A DNA stretch of 63,059 nt, counting the filler. It is 6 parts of 6 records of this genome, joined end to end, with 100 filler letters (N's around TTAATTAATTAA, not from the genome) between each part and the next. Parts side by side here need not be neighbours in the genome. Positions count along the whole stretch, not along the records: positions 58,021 to 63,059 come from SRR31156797_47792; 5 more parts are not named here. One strand, written 5' to 3'. Positions 59,871 to 63,059 of this stretch are shown piece by piece. The notes beneath the pieces are model-generated. The model searched no databases. It had not been told where the DNA came from and was given only the letters and a program-made list of their open reading frames with translations. The position numbers and the translations under genes were made by a program. The stretch's first letter is position 1. Each line of letters opens with the position of its first letter.

Positions 59871-60389
59871 TCAGAGTTCCAGGAGACCTTCGGGCGGGCG
59901 CACGACGACCCTGCCGGCATCAAGGTCGACTTCAAGGACAATTTCTTCCCTGAAGGGTAATATTGTTTCCCTATCATCTTTTTTTACGATCATCATGTCG
60001 TCCGCCGGCGTAGTCATCATATTTTCAATACAACCGAGGAAGGCCCCATTGTCGGCTTCAAAGACTTCAAGTCCGATCAGATCCACCCAATAGAACTCGC
60101 CATCTTCAAGTGCAGGCAACTCGGCTCGGCGAACAAGTATTTCAGCCCCAACCAGATCTTCGGCGTCATTGCGGTCGCCTACACCCTCTAATTTCAGAAT
60201 TACCGACGCCTTATGAGGTTTCAAAACCTCAATGCGAACGACCCTGTCGGGCTGCTCTTGGCGGCGTACAAATAATTTCTTGAATTGTGTTAAAGAGTCG
60301 GGCGAGTCTGTGAAAAGGTTAACGCGCACCTCTCCACGAACACCATGAGGCCGAGTGATCTGGCCGATGACCACGAGGTCTTCGGCCAC
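59871..60389 (-). CDS. rimM: Ribosome maturation factor RimM
   Basis: IG.I..PHGVRGEV, EFYWVDLIGL; operon position. Confidence 0.97.
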   Translation of the reverse strand: MAEDLVVIGQITRPHGVRGEVRVNLFTDSPDSLTQFKKLFVRRQEQPDRVVRIEVLKPHKASVILKLEGVGDRNDAEDLVGAEILVRRAELPALEDGEFYWVDLIGLEVFEADNGAFLGCIENMMTTPADDMMIVKKDDRETILPFREEIVLEVDLDAGRVVVRPPEGLLEL

Positions 60390-60394
60390 GTCAC

Positions 60395-60625
60395 CTACTC
60401 AAGTATTTCCAGAACGGCCCTTTTGTTTACTTTGGTCGATGCAGCCGATAGAATCGTTCTCATCGCCCGGGCCGTCCTTCCCTGCTTGCCTATGACTTTT
60501 CCCAGATCTTCCTTTGCCACTTTCAACTCGATGACGGACGTCTGTTCACCTTCAATTTCGGACACTTCCACTTGGTCCGGTTGATCTACGAGCGACTGTG
60601 CGATGTACTTAATCAAGTTCTTCAT
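60395..60625 (-). CDS. khpA: KH-domain RNA-binding protein KhpA
   Basis: [17 protein letters not shown]; lies between rpsP and rimM. Confidence 0.95.
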   Translation of the reverse strand: MKNLIKYIAQSLVDQPDQVEVSEIEGEQTSVIELKVAKEDLGKVIGKQGRTARAMRTILSAASTKVNKRAVLEILE

Positions 60626-60747
60626 CTGCTAACCTCCATCGTTTCAACCCAATTTCACGTCAGAGGATTCGGTCGCCCACAGCAATTGGATTCCATGACC
60701 GAGCCCGACATTAGAGGCCCTAAGCGGTCCGTAAGGTTCGAGAACGG

Positions 60748-61002
60748 TCAGCCTGCTGCAGGCGTTTCTGCCGCCCTTTTAATAAGGCTGGCAACCGTAT
60801 CAGTTGGCAACGCTCCTTTTTGGAGCCAATCTTGTAATCTGTCCTGCTTAATTATTACTTCAGCCGGATCTTGGTTCGGGTCGTAAGTCCCTATAATTTC
60901 TAAAAATCGACCATCACGCTTGGCCTGGCCGTCCGCCACGACGACCCGGTAAAAAGGTTTCTTTTTCGCACCCATACGGGCTAACCTGATTCTAACTGCC
61001 AT
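60748..61002 (-). CDS. rpsP: 30S ribosomal protein S16
   Basis: [35 protein letters not shown]. Confidence 0.98.
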   Translation of the reverse strand: MAVRIRLARMGAKKKPFYRVVVADGQAKRDGRFLEIIGTYDPNQDPAEVIIKQDRLQDWLQKGALPTDTVASLIKRAAETPAAG

Positions 61003-61067
61003 TCTTTAATCTTAGCCTTCCTTTTAATTATATATTATTAATTTTGAGTTACCAGTCCCGTTGTCAT

Positions 61068-62399
61068 TCAAAACGGTAATCCGCCTTTGCCAATGGCTGG
61101 AATACCGCCTTTAGCAAACTTTCTCATCATTTTTTTTGTTTGTACAAAATTTTTCACAAGGGCATTAACATCAGCGACACTTGTACCGCTGCCTTTTGCA
61201 ATTCTTTTTCGCCTGCTGGCGTTCAGGAGCGTATGGTCGGCCCTTTCTTCCATGGTCATCGAATTAATTATGGCTTCAACTCTTTTAAGCTCTCCTTCGT
61301 CAGGTTGAGCGTCCTTCAGTTTCTTCAGTTTTCCCAATCCCGGGATCATGCCCAGAATAGATTCGAGCGAGCCCATTTTTTTTATTTGCTTAATTTGATT
61401 TCGAAAATCTTCAAGTGTAAATTCGTTCTTTTTAATTTTCCTGGCGAGCTCGACTGCTTGTTCTTCGTCGATTGTCTGTTGAGCCTTTTCGATCAGGCTT
61501 AAGACATCGCCCATTCCAAGTATTCTGGAAGCGACCCGGTCCGGATGGAAAGCTTCCAGCGCGTCAAGTTTCTCGCCGACGCCGACAAACTTAAGCGGCC
61601 TGTTTACAACGGCTTTAATGGAAAGTGCCGCGCCGCCGCGGGCGTCGCCTTCCATTTTGGTCAGGATAACGCCGGTGAGATCCAGCCAATCGTTGAAAGT
61701 AGAAGCCACATTAACGGCTTCCTGACCGGTCATGGCGTCCGCCACAAACAGAATTTCGTTTGGAACAATCCCGGACTTTATTGACCTTAATTCTTCCATC
61801 AAGGCGTCATCGATGTGCAGGCGGCCTGCCGTATCCAGCAGGATTGTATCACATCCAAACTCGCCGGTGCTGTTATGAGCCCGTTTGGCGATGTCAACCG
61901 GGTTCATATCATTGGTGGATGGGAAAACCGGGACTTCGACCTGTTCTCCAAGCCGCGTAAGCTGTTCAATGGCCGCGGGCCTATAAACGTCCGCTGGAAC
62001 CAGGAGCGGTTTTCTCCCCTGTCCCTTCAGGTAGAGGGCAAGTTTGCCCGCGGTCGTGGTTTTACCGGAACCCTGCAATCCCACAAGCATTATGATCCAT
62101 GGAGGCCGGCCGGAAAAATCAATTTCCTGAAACTTCCCCCCCATAACCGCGGTAAGTTCTTCATATACTATCTTGACCACTTGTTGGCCGGGGGTAAGGC
62201 TGCCCATGACTTCCTGCCCTACCGCCCTGGTCCTGATAGTATTGATCAGATCCTTGACGACCTTATAGTTGACGTCGGCTTCCAATAAAGCAAGACGAAC
62301 CTCGCGCAGGCCTTCCTTTATATTAGCTTCAGAGAGCTTGCCTCTGCCCTTAAGCTTACGGAAAGTGTCGCCAAATTTATCTGAAAGGCTGTCAAACAC
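61068..62399 (-). CDS. ffh: Signal recognition particle protein
   Basis: ALLEADV, GLQGSGKTT, DTAGR, GDARGGAALS, RILGMGD, SMT..ER, RIAKGSG. Confidence 0.98.
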   Translation of the reverse strand: MFDSLSDKFGDTFRKLKGRGKLSEANIKEGLREVRLALLEADVNYKVVKDLINTIRTRAVGQEVMGSLTPGQQVVKIVYEELTAVMGGKFQEIDFSGRPPWIIMLVGLQGSGKTTTAGKLALYLKGQGRKPLLVPADVYRPAAIEQLTRLGEQVEVPVFPSTNDMNPVDIAKRAHNSTGEFGCDTILLDTAGRLHIDDALMEELRSIKSGIVPNEILFVADAMTGQEAVNVASTFNDWLDLTGVILTKMEGDARGGAALSIKAVVNRPLKFVGVGEKLDALEAFHPDRVASRILGMGDVLSLIEKAQQTIDEEQAVELARKIKKNEFTLEDFRNQIKQIKKMGSLESILGMIPGLGKLKKLKDAQPDEGELKRVEAIINSMTMEERADHTLLNASRRKRIAKGSGTSVADVNALVKNFVQTKKMMRKFAKGGIPAIGKGGLPF

Positions 62400-62661
62400 T
62401 CTTTGAGTCTCCCTCTCCTCTTCAAGGAGTCCTGAAAAAAACGTAAATAGAAAAATTATCCAACAATTGCTAAGTTGTCAAGAAAAATTAAAAATACAAG
62501 CTATTATCCAAATACATTTTATGGCGAAGAGTTTGACGCCGCCCTTAAAAAGCAATTCAAATACGATTATATATAAAATGTATTATTTCTAATACGATGG
62601 GCCGGATAGCCCATGCCGGCTCTTTATACTTATTATCTGTTTTAATAGGAGGATTTAGGAA

Positions 62662-62886
62662 ATGCCGGTTAATGAAAGTTTGAAAGACATACTTGACAAG
62701 GAATGGGAAGACAAAAGCCTGAAAGAAATTTGCCAGGCTTCCCCGGCCGTACTGCAAGGCGTGAGCGAGGGTGATGCGGAAAAGCTGCAAGCTGCTTTTA
62801 ACATTAAAACCGTGGCCGATCTGGCGACGAATAAATTTTTCCTCCGGGCACAGGCCATTTACAATCTTTCGAGCGCGGAAAAGTAG
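62662..62886 (+). CDS. Small conserved hypothetical protein (HhH-like LQGVSEGDA motif)
   Basis: RBS AGGAGG; LDKEWEDKSLKEI..ASPAVLQGVSEGDAEKL..AFNIKTVADLA.NKF. Confidence 0.8.
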   Translation: MPVNESLKDILDKEWEDKSLKEICQASPAVLQGVSEGDAEKLQAAFNIKTVADLATNKFFLRAQAIYNLSSAEK

Positions 62887-62936
62887 AAAGCATTCGTCAA
62901 TCATACTTGATATGATATTGATTTAATTTTATTTTC

Positions 62937-62967
62937 AGGCCGCCCGGCTGCAAAGCCGGGCGGCCTG
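62937..62967. terminator. GC-rich hairpin, probable terminator
   Basis: AGGCCGCCCGGCT-GCAA-AGCCGGGCGGCCT. Confidence 0.65.
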
Positions 62968-63059
62968 GCCGTATACAATCCGCCGTCTCCATTTCAAGTC
63001 ATCCTTGTTCATTCATCTTTTATAGCGGTTTGCCATAAATACTGTCAGGAACACGGGCG

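Noticed and set aside
60626-60747. rpsP-khpA intergenic region as a structured RNA
   Set aside because: Only weak pairing (CGGTC..GACCG); cannot be supported without comparative data.
58116-62399. ffh-rpsP-khpA-rimM-trmD-SPOUT-rplS cluster as a novelty
   Set aside because: Standard conserved operon in deltaproteobacteria.

Overview
This window is not one locus. It is six assembly contigs joined by 100-nt spacers (N-run + TTAATTAATTAA + N-run) at 16106-16205, 23806-23905, 33779-33878, 46128-46227 and 57921-58020. Contigs 1-3, 5 and 6 look like Desulfobacterota/deltaproteobacteria; contig 4 looks like Bacteroidota (T9SS cargo, TAnnTTTG promoter). Contig 1 carries two V4R proteins with a two-CW/PAS/GAF histidine kinase, a CobW GTPase, an FGE-sulfatase protein and an integrase remnant. 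It also has an apparently circularly permuted C13/caspase-fold peptidase, a 7TM-DISM hybrid kinase ending in a ChiS-like DNA-binding domain, a duplicated promoter+DUF1566 gene (one copy broken), and an IPTL-CTERM surface protein. Contig 2 has an M36 metallopeptidase and a sigma54-driven PEP-CTERM gene. Contig 3 has an SbtM-type radical SAM with an unannotated precursor peptide containing three in-frame UGA codons, each followed by a SECIS-like hairpin, then tcdA-cmoA-cmoB, arginase and a helicase. Contig 4 has two paralogous GLUG/T9SS proteins flanking a TPR kinase/response regulator. Contig 5 has a decayed giant surface-protein gene and an LPP20-OmpA-lipoprotein-DUF350-speE operon. Contig 6 has ffh-rpsP-khpA-rimM-trmD-SPOUT-rplS. 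The best leads are the multi-selenocysteine RiPP precursor, the ChiS-like kinase with candidate target promoters, and the permuted peptidase. All family calls come from motif recognition by eye, not from database searches.
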